From: a virus
Taxonomy: Duplodnaviria > Caudoviricetes
Virus record (IMG/VR): IMGVR_UViG_3300020379_000013
Coordinates: 1 to 45,794 of that record
Direction: 5' to 3' (one strand)
DNA: 45,794 bases
Position 1 is the stretch's first letter, and every line of letters begins with the position of its first letter. Below, piece by piece: positions 21,601 to 32,800 of the stretch. The position numbers and the translations under genes are program-made. The notes below the pieces were generated by a model. The model saw only the letters and a list, made by a program, of their open reading frames with translations, was not told where the DNA came from and did not search any database.

Positions 21601-22273
21601 TTCTTTCTTCTACTTTTAATCCTACCTTATATGATGGATCAATCCCATACTGATCTAATATAATTGTTTGTTCTGCAACATTAACGAAATAACCTCTAGA
21701 GAAGAATATTCCTGCACCAATACTAGCAGTAGATCCAGTAGATGTAGCAGATGAGTTAAGTAACTGTGCTAATGGCGTTCCAGCTGCAATAGTAGTAGAT
21801 GCATATGTTATATCGCTTTCGCAAGTAAATGTTTCTCCAGCTGTAAATGTATTAGTTGTATTGTCTTCTGCTTTTTGTAAGTAATTAAGATAGAATGTTA
21901 TGTTACTTCTTGTAGAAGTTGTCGCACTGACAGAAAATAGAATACGTGCACGAACACCAGATGTAGATCCTTTAATAATCTGTCCATCTAATGATGTTCT
22001 ATAATTTTCTACGTCTAGGTTGAGGTAATTATTTTGAATTAAGATACATGGCACACTCTTATTCAACGTAATACCACCAGGCACCACCATAGAACCTTCT
22101 TTGTATACGCCTTGACCAAACGTGTCTATCTGATCTTGCAACAAAGTTTGCAACGTTGTAAGTTCTCTTGCTTGGACTGGGAAGCCAGGCTTAAAGAGAA
22201 CCTTTAAAAACCCCTTGCTTTTGTCGAAATCATCGAAGTAAGGAGCTATGTTTAGGTTTGTATTCTGTGCCAT
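15614..22273 (-). CDS. VrlC-like / DUF4815-domain virion structural protein (2219 aa)
   Basis: N-terminus PYFDDFD...KVLFKPG.PVQARELT.LQ; APGADRFKI; LE.RIK.LE.YT.LSLLE; RFKNGFIVDNF; DPLAQTF; directly downstream of gp8. Confidence 0.85.
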   Translation of the reverse strand: MAQNTNLNIAPYFDDFDKSKGFLKVLFKPGFPVQARELTTLQTLLQDQIDTFGQGVYKEGSMVVPGGITLNKSVPCILIQNNYLNLDVENYRTSLDGQIIKGSTSGVRARILFSVSATTSTRSNITFYLNYLQKAEDNTTNTFTAGETFTCESDITYASTTIAAGTPLAQLLNSSATSTGSTASIGAGIFFSRGYFVNVAEQTIILDQYGIDPSYKVGLKVEERIVTADEDASLYDNAIGSTNFSAPGADRFKITLTLVKKLLTAPNSADFIELLRTNTGKIEKKVERSDLGFINDVLATRTKEESGNYYVKKFKVDAKENLDDGFNGGVYQSTETTQDGNTPSEDKVAIQLSSGCAYVQGYRTERLSSTYKDIEKPRSFDTEMNKTVTSDFGNSVLMTNIYEAPRLYETITFRDQATATPGSAAGDAIATARVANFSYVEGSLTPGNASTVYRANLIDVDFIQKLTMTGSVSGSPATGDRMIGQTSGAVAYEVSDSGNDLLVNGVNGTFVAGEVVKDAVGATIGTISSIKRYNMADVKQYSFNTGGGTADSVLDVKVILPGSGPILSGHSAGSATITSTLSNFASQLIIGDIVEFSNNGASHRARVTAVTDNFNFNVTRLGSTTLANGALTSGIIRTRPEIKDAEKKQLLTPLGYAAVKNTNNNNTVNPSGRFRTTVSGISVSAGNATATAGAGLKWINGSDNDDFIAIVTAGSDAGKIYSSGNGFTLNGSSANVDALSLTGMSNATSIDVIGTVSSADRSGKAKTTERMKVLKVAGSTGSSNGLSQVNDGHGTRVEDDLISLGCADVFKIKAVFESTNASDPVIPHFQYTNLLGTLAIDDVIQGDASGSRARIVSTTGNEIYFIPIEDDKFTDGETITAPNATLKIQSNGIDLGSANVTDNFDLDNGQRDQFYDYSRLVRKAGVAAPTHKLLIIFDRFFTSNGVNPYTVDSYAASDYKIIPSYEGTQLRDVIDFRPIVPQALSGSGSQASPFTLSATGYFNQASRAFTNNETGLPGISDTTTLSLQYYLPRVDKLFLDSNSIISIVKGAPSTRPQPPEDLEDAMLLATITYVPYVFNVEEDISIVETNFKRYTFRDIQVLEDRIKTLEFYTQLSLLESETANMEIRDASGLSRFKNGFIVDNFASLSTADTLHPDYRVSTDFERGQMRPAHYTTQVPLQYSTASQNVKQNDEDIITLPYTSSVLVDQPYASAVENVNPFNVFTFTGDVELYPESDNWVDTKSLNPIQGPVVEGNFLTTVREYNADQNGFSPIHWNSWKTTWTGTDVQRSVGSWRGGGGKGRTQRRRTITTTTTTTTKQSRTGIRYRVTPVIEQQSLGSKVVSVEHIQFMRSRNISFTCQKLKPRTKFFAFFDSIAVPKKLITPKIMGVIKDPSTDAQTNNIPFQIGETVHVKKGNGKFRFKARVSAPNENIAINPIDGTDISTTTDYTSNLTFINIDTKSLADQVKGNYYGSPKINDYLVGETSGAVAKVSNKDLITDKKGNLRGSFFIDAPNVEGNVKFKTGTKLFRLSDTSNDSRVVGVSDSSGEAEFSSSGILQTTQETIISVRNARVTSEDQFDARTLVNVTSESRDETRWCDPLAQTFLIDDSTLEGGVFLTKIDIFFFTKDPEIPVALDIRTVENGNPTQTVLPFSKVVKDAEDVFTSADASKPTTFEFKAPVYIPLLKECAMVLTSDSNQYKVFISLLGEDAIDAAHVGEKISEQPYIGVLFKSQNASTWTPSQYEDLMFKIYRAEFTLPTTAAPSKLILENGELGESNGGFLNLRRNALKTTSGSDLIRVFHSNHGMQSGLNYLKMSGVISEVANSTTAAQLSSTGTSIEIAENNGFHTTIGGSSVSSSNPGFIRILGTEEDGSGDEIIAYSGLSGTNNKVVNFITNGRNHTGTSGSSTGKIHAAGAIVECYNFDGIPLTKINKTHSSGITSINSPHSYNLQISGVNAGTGIQGGGANIVASQNVPWDVLSPQIQSQVEPRTSIIARVQGTSGTSCGPFPANVTAETSFIKDSDFQEISLGEENYFPATKIVANQINEINRMNSVKSLTLELNLDSEVSHLSPVIDLTRCDAITTGNVINNIEPSVNVGGECAANYITKVARLEKSASGLKVMLAANVWSDSKIRVMYKLIPAGYSDNLDELPFEFFNTTGIPDSGELVPNNDLETFTDYEYTVEDVEAFEGFQIKISLLNHAQPYIPRVKDFRGIALA

Positions 22274-23788
22274 TTAGAATTCAATTACTACTTTTAGCTC
22301 TTCGTTTTGGTCTACCGAACGAGTGATCGGGATCCTATTATCTAGGTATAATATTTCACCTGAGTTTAATTCAATTTCTTCGTTGGCATAACCTCCAACA
22401 AATGATAAACCTAACTCAAAAACAGATACACCAATTGTTATCTGTGTTAGAGGAACAGAAGATGTTCCAAAGGTTGAATCTGGAGTTGCAGTATAAGAAC
22501 TTGCAGATCCTGTAATTTGATTAGAACCAGAGAAAGCAACTACGTCACCATTTACAGTTCCATCTGTTTGATCTTGATAATACTTCAAGACTTTTGTTGA
22601 TGTATCATATGATACAACCAATCCTTTTGCATTTGTAGATGCTTGAGTGATAGTCTCACCAGCTACGAATGTTCCACTAGGTGTTCCTGCACCTGACTGT
22701 GGGAATATCAATGCTTTAACAGCAGATCTAGTATTTTGACTACAAACTGTTGTAGTGTTGTAATCAGTAGGATTCAATACAAGACCAACTCTTCTATATG
22801 TTAAATCATTTGGGAAATCAATGAACGCACTAGTAGTTTCTAGTTTACTAGCAAACATAAGACGATAAGCACCTAGTTCTCTTACAGAGTCATTTCCATG
22901 ACCACCGTTAGGAGGTAATACAACATCAAGACTAGCATTTTGTCCACTACCAATATTAGGAATAAGACTTACATCAATAGATGCAAAACTATATCCAGAT
23001 CCTGCTTGTGTAATTGTCACGGAAGATACAGAACCAGATACCACAATGACTGTGCATAATGCTTGGGTTCCACCATTAATATTGTAATCACCACGAATAG
23101 GGACATTAGTAAATGTTCCGTTGTTATAACCAGATCCTGCATTCTCAATAACAACACTATCCACAGATCCTGCATTTGCTGCAGATTTTACAAGTGAGTT
23201 TGATAAAACAGGAATAAATTCTGAGGTAACAAACTTTAGAATGTTGTCAGCGTCAATAGTGTAAAGATACTTCCAACGATAAGAGTATACGCCAGGTGAA
23301 TCTGATGTTTCAATAATAGTTGTTGAAGTTCCTGTTGGTTCTACCAATGAGGGGCGTCCTCTTGGGAAGTCAGGACTTTCACCATTATAAAGACACTTGT
23401 AGACATTGAAGTCTGAGTTCATAACATAGAAGTTACTGTCATACAGTCTAGAAGAACCGTTTGCAGTAGTTTTTGTCGGTGCATAATCAGGTTTATACAT
23501 CGAATATGTTCTTCCTACGCCACCAGTGGTTTTTGTAGGATCTATCCAATCAACTCTAGGTATTACCAGAGCAGTATCGGATATGTCAACACGCTTAAAA
23601 GCAACAGAGTCACCGTAAGAAGTTCTCGCATACTCGAAACTATCAAGAGGTTCCCCTGTAGGTGGCACATCTGTGCTACCCCAAGTCTTTGCTCTACCTA
23701 CAAACATATAAACCTTATTTGAGGTCTGCAAGGTATCTCTAAAGCTTTCCGCAGCGTATATTCTAAAATTGTCTGTAACTAATGCCAT
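22274..23788 (-). CDS. gp8: Baseplate wedge subunit gp8
   Basis: YMFVGR...W, VIPRVDW, FYVMNSDFNVYKCLYN, YRWKYLYTI, SGEILYLDNR.PI.R...Q.EELK.VIEF; gp6-gp7-gp8 synteny. Confidence 0.9.
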   Translation of the reverse strand: MALVTDNFRIYAAESFRDTLQTSNKVYMFVGRAKTWGSTDVPPTGEPLDSFEYARTSYGDSVAFKRVDISDTALVIPRVDWIDPTKTTGGVGRTYSMYKPDYAPTKTTANGSSRLYDSNFYVMNSDFNVYKCLYNGESPDFPRGRPSLVEPTGTSTTIIETSDSPGVYSYRWKYLYTIDADNILKFVTSEFIPVLSNSLVKSAANAGSVDSVVIENAGSGYNNGTFTNVPIRGDYNINGGTQALCTVIVVSGSVSSVTITQAGSGYSFASIDVSLIPNIGSGQNASLDVVLPPNGGHGNDSVRELGAYRLMFASKLETTSAFIDFPNDLTYRRVGLVLNPTDYNTTTVCSQNTRSAVKALIFPQSGAGTPSGTFVAGETITQASTNAKGLVVSYDTSTKVLKYYQDQTDGTVNGDVVAFSGSNQITGSASSYTATPDSTFGTSSVPLTQITIGVSVFELGLSFVGGYANEEIELNSGEILYLDNRIPITRSVDQNEELKVVIEF

Positions 23789-23809
23789 CGCAATATAAGC
23801 TTTATTGGT

Positions 23810-23817
23810 TATTTATA
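23810..23817 (-). promoter_or_regulatory. T4-type late promoter TATAAATA
   Basis: Exact match upstream of gp8, overlapping the gp7 stop codon. Confidence 0.8.
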
Positions 23818-26800
23818 ATGATCTTAGACGAACTTCTGGGAGGAGACTAACGTTTCCACTTGTTGTTCGTGAGAATGGGAATTCAACTGTAAATGTTGTT
23901 GCTCCTGTTACGGTAACAATATATGTTCCGTCAAATCCAGTGCCACTAGTAAATTCTAGATAGAATCTTTGACCAGTAACTAAATTATGATTACTAGAGG
24001 TAGTGACTGTGCATGAAAGTCCGCTAGAAGTATAAGTTCCTGTAAGGACTGGATGCTCTGCAGCAGTTGTTCCTTCGGCACCTCTACCACCTGTTGCAAC
24101 TGTTAGTGTATTACCACTTACATCCTTAGAACCATACAATATTCTTTCACATGTCCATACTGGTGGAGTAACAGATGTATTGTAGAATGGTATCAATACT
24201 TCACCTTCGTCAGGGAAACCATTCTTCTCAGAAGAATTAAAGTATACATTCTTCAAGTTAATAGTAGTTCCCGCTTGTGATAATGTAGATGATAGGTAAG
24301 ATGTTCCTAATGACAATGAATTAGATATGATTCTATTTCTTTGTTTTCTTTCTAGATCTAGAGGATGAACAACTAATACAGTAGGAGCACTAGTATATCC
24401 TGCACCACCCTTTAGATTTATGACTGATAAAACTCTACCACTTCCAGTCTCAATTGTAGTCTCAGCAGACGCACCTTCTCCACCACCACCTTGGAATATT
24501 AGAATAGGTGGAACCTCATAGTTAGAACCCTGATTAGTAATATTGACTTGTGTTACCTGTCCTCCAGTTACAGTTGCAGAAAACTCAGCAACAGTTGGTT
24601 TCAAACCTGTATATTCGTAACTATCAATAGTAGTCGAACTTGAGACAGCTGCGACAAGACGATCAGAACCTTCACTAGAAATCTTAACTCTGTCTTCTGG
24701 ATCAATAGCGTTGTATGTGTTACTTACTAGAATATCTGCTGCACTACCTGTATAGATGAATAGGATACAATCAGATCCTGCTCTAGGTGCCTCACTAAAC
24801 TCTATGATAGATCCTGTTAGGTTATATGCTACGCCAGGTTCCTGATATACACCATTGAGGAATATAATCAAGTTATTTTGTGCTTGAACTGCAGCGTTGT
24901 CACTTTCTAGAGAGAATGGTTCAGTATTCTCTTTCATAGTAAATGTTTTCTTCTTACTATCAAAGAATGGTTCGATAGGATCTAATTGAGTCAATTTACC
25001 AAAGTAGAATCCAAAGAAGTCCATACCAGCTAGAGGTGGTTCTGTAAATGTAAGTGTGCTACCTGTATATGTGTATGCATCAGTTGTTCCTTTGATTTGT
25101 AATGTGCTATTCAAGAATATCAAGAAGTTATCACTTGGTGGTAATATCTGTGTAGATCCACCAGACAATGTAGTAAATACTGCATCTTGTCCATCAAAGG
25201 TTACGCTACCGACATCAACTTGGAAGAATGGTTGTGTTGATGCTGTTCTAGTAATACCGTTCAAGTTTCCACTACCACCCGCTGTAGTTCCTACTGCCTG
25301 AGTTACAATCGCCCACAATGTAGATATTGTTGATGCAGTATCAACACAGCATGCCTCGGAGTATGATGTGCTACCAGAATCATTACTAATAGTATTATCT
25401 TTTATTTGTGTGCCAACAGTATCACCATTTGTAGTAACTGTTAGGTTACGCATGACCTGACGACAAATATCTCTAGCATGATTGAATACTTCTACAGACT
25501 CATCTTCTTCTCCACCTAGATGAACTGTTCCAACATAGAAGTTAGCAGCATCGTATGTTGCATCGTTTCCACCAAACTCTACGTTGTCTGCTACTGCATC
25601 TATTAGTAAGTTTGTATCACGAACACATTTGGTTTTGTAGACAGCAGAGAAAGATGGGTTTGCTGCTTGCATTCTACCGTATGCAGTTGTAGCAATAAAG
25701 TTTTGATTAAGTCTAAGTAAGTTTCCTGCGTCTGCAACTTTGCTGTATTTGTAAACACCGTAACTGACAACTGCCCTTGTGACAGCTGTAGAAGTGGCAC
25801 TCACAAATGTATGAGTTGATGTATCAGATGATACACCTACGTTGACAGTAAATGTATTTGCAGTTACAGCGTCAATAGTATGCCATGCACCTTCTGATGG
25901 ATCTCCAACTCTAGGATATGTGTGCTGTGTTTGGTTATTATCTAAACCACATGTAAATGTTAGTGAATTATTAGCAAAGAATATTCTGTCACCTTTAATT
26001 AATGGATGACCATTCAATGTAAGAACCATCTCACCTGTAGATGGTGTGTAAGCAATATCTGTTGGTTGGAACTGGTATGCTGAGAGTCCTACCCATGTAT
26101 GTGCGTCAGTGTTTGTAGGTGCTGTTCCATTCAATGCGTTAACAGTAATTGTTGTGGTTGCCACTGCTTCAACAGGAACATCTTTCATCTTGCCTTGAGT
26201 TCCAATAGGATCTGTAGGACGTGGATATGATGCAGTTCCACCGCCACCATAGTTACAACTGAACTGTAATGACTCGTTAGCAATCCTTACTGTAGATACT
26301 GCCTTCTTAACGCTGTTTGTTACCGCAGATACGAATGTATGTGGATCAGTGTTTGTAGAAGGAATAGTATCAAGAACTTGAACTGTAAATGTATTTGTAG
26401 TGCAATCAAATGCTTCTAACCATCTGTCTGATGCATAATCTGTAGAACGAGGATAATCGTCATTACCACCACCAGAATATGTGCAACTAAATTTAATCGC
26501 ACCATCTGCAAACTTAACAAAGTCTCCATTTACAAATCCATGATCGTTAATAGTTACCACCATCAGACCTGTATTAGGATCGTATGTCGCACCTGTAGGT
26601 GTATGTGTGCTAGGTGCTGATAAACCATGTCCAGAACCTATGGTCAATACCATTTCACCAGATGCAGGAGCATATGTTGCGGTTGATGGAATGAAGTGTT
26701 TGACTAATTGTTCTCCAACACGAGGATCAGATATTGCTAATACATCATTGTCTGTATAACCATTACCAGCTGCATTGAGAACGACACCACTTACTTTACC

Positions 26801-29800
26801 ACCAGTAACTGTAATATCAGCAGTTGCACCAACACCAGAACCTAATCTATTCTTAAGTGGCACTGCAGTGTATACGCCATCGCTATACCCACTACCACCT
26901 GTGATTGCACCAAATGTTTTTATCTCATCTCCAATCTGATCTAATACAAATGAACTAGTGTAATCAGAACGATCAAAATACATTGCGAGGACTTTACTGC
27001 CTGATAATGGTGGAGTAACAAATGTTACAACGTTATTTGCAAATGTGTAAGTAGCAGGGTTTGCAATCAATCCATTTATCGCTAATAATAATTGTGATGT
27101 TGCTGCAGTCTTACCGATCTTAGTTCCTATGTCAATACCATCAACTCTTACTGCAAATGAGTCATTGATACCGTCTATAAAGCATCTTAGTGTATGTCCT
27201 ACACCTGATCCTTGTGATGTTAGATCTATTGAGGTTGCACCGTCTGTTAATGCTAATTCTATTGTATTTGCATCTACAACTTTAACAAAATACTTACTAG
27301 CATTTGTAAGTCCACCAATAGGTGTGCCAGCTCTGTTGTTTGGATAATTCCCTGCATTGATAGTAGGTAGTGCAGCAGTAGGATCTGCGATAGCACCTGT
27401 AACTATTCCTGCAAAGATTGTGATAGCACTCTTGACATCAGCACAACCACCAGAATCATTAGTAATACTTAGATCTGTTTGTGGAACTATGTCTGTGTAT
27501 GTTCCTACTGGAAGATCGTTAGTTACTGCTAATAAACATAAGTCTCTTGCTTTATTAAATGCATATATTGTTTCTGCCTCTTCACCAGCTACGTGTTGAA
27601 TACCTGTCCCGTCAGTATATTGTTGTGCAGCATCCACACTAAAGTAGTTACCACCATACTTAAGATCATTTGTCCATGCTGCGATTACAAGTCTAGTATC
27701 TCTAGCACATTTTGCTTGATCGTATGTTAGTGATGGATATAGAGCATTTAAGAAACCAATTGTCTCTTCTACAATATAATCAATGTTATTGACGATTAAA
27801 TCTCTAGCATCTAAGAATCTATCTCCACCAGAGAAGTAAGTTACTTGTTGTCCTGTTAGAAGACCATGATTAGTAATTGTAATTCTATCATTGATACTAT
27901 CTACAATAGTAGTGCTAGATCCGTCAAATGTTAATGTCCTGTCGCTAATATCATCAATCTTATATGAGATACAAGATAAGATCTTCTGAACGTCTAATAA
28001 CTGTTTTCCGTAGATAGAAACCTCTGTAGGAACTAATGCAGTGTAATCTGGTTTGGATAATGCAAAGTTACTAATCTTAGATAATTTACCAGTATTCTTA
28101 GCAGATGGTTTTGGTGTTATGAAGGTTGTTCCATTAAATGTTGTGCCAAGAGTATTTGTATTTGGTGACCACCAATCAAATTGACTACTTGGGTTGAGAT
28201 TAGAAGTTGATCTTGGTCTAAACTCTTTCTTGACACTTGATAGTAATACTTGTGTTCCAACTACCTTAAATCCTGCAGGGTGTGCTGCAAACTTAAGTGG
28301 ATTCTTCCAACTATTAATATTAATTGAAGATGATATGTTATATGAGAATTCTTGGAATCTATTACTGTCATATACACGTTGTTCGTTAAGATCTAAGAAT
28401 CCAGTTGTCTTCTCCCAGTTTGCAGATGATGTGCTAATTGGTGATACGATAAATTCAGCATCTGCTCTATCAAATGCATGTATCTGACCAAACGCACCAG
28501 ACTCTTCACCAAATACAGGTTCGCCAACTACAAAGTCACCTTCTATAAGTTCAACACTAACAACACGACCTGATGCATCCCAATTCTTAATAAATCCAAA
28601 TGCAGTAAATGATGTATTAGATGCACCCTGATATATTCTCTCTCCAATAGAGAAAGTAGCTGGTTTCATGTATGCAATGATATTGTCACCTAAATCTGTA
28701 GTTTCAAGAAGGAAATAAGTTTGACCTGTAAGTGGATCGCCTAAAGGTGGACTTGTAAATGAAATTGTAGTCTCAGTGTTTGCATTAGCAAGAGATGTTG
28801 CTAATTTGATCTGATTAGTTGCTAATCCATTTGCAGTAGTTGCTGCTACAGCAAAATATGTTGTTCCTGCTACTAATGGTTCTGGAAGAGTTCCAGATGA
28901 CTCTACTAGAGTAACTTTGGTTCCTGATGGAATCTTAGCGTTATATGGGAAGTTTATTGTGCTACTTGAGTTAAGTGCTACAAATGTATGACTGACTTTT
29001 GCCTTAACTGTAGGTGCAGATGTAAATCCTCTACCAGAATTGTTAACCTCTACTGCCTGTATAATCTCGTTCTGTATTATTGGTTCTAACTCAAATAATG
29101 AACCTTGACCACCATCAAGTATGATTTCTGGTTGTGATACAAAATTAGCACCACCATTTACAACTTCAAGATAATCAATAACTTGAGTTCTGACTAATTG
29201 TAAATTATAGGTTGTATTTAACTTTGGTTTTAGTGTTCTATCGTGACTGTAGTTAAATGTAATGTTCTCACCACCAATCTTCAATATCTCACCCATATCT
29301 GATGACTTAAGAAGTATTGATGCACCAGTTCCAGATTTCTGCTCAATATTGATTATTGGAGGACTTTGATATTGTTGTCCACCAGCTTCAATATTAATAA
29401 GAGATACACCTTGATTTGATATCAATGCATTTAATGAAGAGTTGATTCCATTACCACCTTGTGCACTGATAGTAGGTGCAGATAGATAACCAGATCCAGA
29501 GTTCGTTACAGTTATAGTGTCTATTGCTGCATCTAGTAATGTCTTAGTTTGGACGACATCATTGAATGTCATTGTAACTGGTTCTATGACTAAATCATCA
29601 GCACCATCACTTCCACCTAAGTCTGCTCCAGATATTGTAATATCGTCTGCTATGTTATATGCAGTTCCACCATTTGTTACAGTTACTGTCTCAACAGTTC
29701 CTGCACCGTTCGTGGCCACCGTAAATTCAGCACCAGTCGCACTGGTTCCTGCTATAGACTTTTGTTGTATACCTGTGTATGTTTGACTTGCTCCATAGTT

Positions 29801-32800
29801 CGTTGCAGATTGAGTCTTAATTGAGACAGTTGCGATTATACCGTAATATGGATCGTCAAATAATACTGTTGGTGCATTTCTATAATTTGTTCCTGCCTGT
29901 GTAACTGTTACTGATGATACTTGACCCGCACCAGAAACCGCTGCAGCAACTGTAGATTGCGTTCCTGATATTGTATTAATAATTGCTACTGAGTTACCAC
30001 CTGTATAAACTCTTGAGAGAATCTTAAACTCCTGTGTGCCAGTTCCAGAATTGGTTACAGTGATCGCAGTGCCTACTTCTGCTAGCTGTGGTGTCTCTGC
30101 TAACTTCACACGATCTGAATCACCTATGTTGATAATGTAGTATGTTTGTCCTACTGTAAGATTACTAACTGGGTTAGTCTGTGCTGAGACATATTTGACT
30201 GGATCTCCAGTTTTTGCATCATGTGCTCCAAAGAAGAATTGATCTGCATATCCTACTGCGTCAATCTGTGATGGATTGATACTATATGATTTACCCGCAT
30301 TGAACATGATATATCCTTTCTGTCCTGCACCAACTCTTGTATTACGTAGAGGTTGTATTCTTAATACTGATGTAATTGGGTTCCATGATATAACCTTTCC
30401 TCTAGCAGTGCTATTATCTTGAACTTCTTTTCCAATAATGATTTCATCTTTAATAAAGTTGCCTAATATATTTTCTAGCGTCAAATCTACAAAATCAGGC
30501 ATTGTTACAACACAAGTAGGCAAATCAGCTTGATTATAACCAGATCCGTTATTTGATATTGATACATTTGATAATCCACCAGAAATAGTCGCTACAGCAG
30601 TAGCACCTGACCCAGATCTAGAAGAACCACTTAATTTAGGTAATGATTGATAATTTCTACCACTATCTCCAATTGTTATAGTTGCAACACCGCCTGTTGG
30701 GTATATTGAACTTGTATCATATGATACACCTACTCCATAACCAGCTTCGGGTGCAACTGCCATACTGTAGGAGAACTCAGTGGTGCCACTTACTGCGATA
30801 ACTGTCTGATCGCCTAATATCGGGTCATTGATTATTGAGAAATACCTACTATTAGAAACATCACTCTTAATAGAGATTACGTTACCCATATAAGCATGGT
30901 TTTGACAAACGTAGTGTAAATTGTTTGGAGAATCTACTGTAGGGGTAATTTCTACACTTCTAGAAACTGCAGTTCCGAAGTTAGCGTTATAATCGTCCCA
31001 AGAAACTACATCACCGTTAATTCTATAAACAACTCCTTTCTCATATCTGTTTGTGCCACCATATGCATCCTCACTCTCTGAGAAGTAGATAGCATGTGTA
31101 GTATTTGATGAATCGTTCTGTAAGAATGTATATGTTACACCACGAGACATAGTAAGTGATGGTGACTGAGCAAGACTTCCATATTTGTCACCAGTCATCC
31201 AATATCCTTTACCAGATCCTTGACCAAACAGAGGATGATCAGCTGTTTTGTTCTGAACTACAACTGTAAAGGTATTTGGTGCTGTAATTGTATGTTTAAT
31301 GTCATGGTAATAGAAAATGCCAGGCAAATCTACTATTTTGACTGTTAGAGAGTTCTGTTCGTTGGTGATTGGATCTCTAGACTCTTCAATAATGTTTTTG
31401 TAAGTAAAGATGTCTGTATTTGCAGGATCAAGTGTAAATGATAGAACTTGTCCACTATTACTTGCATCAGATGTATCAAAGATGTATGAGTGTCCATTTA
31501 TAACTGATAAGTTTGGTTCTTTGACGTAAATGTCTGCAGGATTACCACTATTACCTGTTGTAACATTTGCTGCACTTGTTGCTGCAAAGTTTCTCTTGAC
31601 TGTAAACTTCCTAGCAGTCTCTGATCTCACTACAACATAGTTTGTCTTATTGTAAGACGTAGGTGAGACACCTGAGATATTAACAATGTCTCCTGCACTA
31701 AGTTGATGTGAGTTAATACCACTAACGTGACACTGAACTTCTCGTTGCACTTGAGTTAGTGTGATAGTAAACCCAGATCCACCACCATTACCAATATTAA
31801 TATCATCTGCAGATATTGTATCACCGATATCATAACCATATCCAAATTCTGTAATTGTAACTGCTTGAACAGCACCACTACCAACAACTATAGTTGCCTT
31901 TCCTAATAATCCATCACCATTGGTTGTTATAGGGACATTGATGTATGTTCCGTTAGTATAACCAGAACCACCAGTAATAGATGACCAACCATCTTGGAAT
32001 AAGTTACCATCTGTTCTTACTCTAAGGTAAGTCCAATCTAAAACTCCGTCTCCTGCAGTTCCAGTAGTATGTGTAGGTGAAGATGCTCCAGAAGTTCCAG
32101 TGCTAGCTGCAACGTATACTCTATTTGCTACATGAACTAAATCTCCTTCAACATATGCAGTAGTTCCCGCCCAAGCATCAAGTAATTTCATACTTTGTAA
32201 ATCAAAGTATTTGAAATGATAATTGCTATTAATAACCTTACTTGTTAATGTTCTTGTAGCAGCGTTGTCAGTTACCTTTATATCGACTCTATCACCAACT
32301 TGTAGTAGATGACTATTTGCAGTGGTTACTATAGCAACAAACTGATCATTGTAAGTTCCAACAAAACGTGCTACTGAATTAACAGTAGTTCCTTCAATTT
32401 GAGATACGATTGCACTTACACCATCTCCACCAGTTCCAGTATTATCAAACTGTAACCTATCGTTGACCTTATATTCTTTACCACCACCTTCTACAAGATA
32501 TTGATTTACACCAGCTGATGAAAACTTATTAGTAGAAGATACAATTAGAGAATCCGCAGATCCACCTCTAACGAAAGGATAGTAACTAAAGTATCCGATA
32601 CCATCTTCAATATATGTTAATGTCTCACCAGTCTCCATGACTATGAGAGTAGTGCTATCTTCCATTGCAAGGAAGAAGTCAATCTTATCGTCTAATTGCT
32701 TTCTCTTTGCTGTAATATTATCAACACCTACAAATGGTGCTCTGTAACGTATTGCGTCTTCATTAAAGTTTCTCTGCAATCCATTACCATTCCAGTTTAC

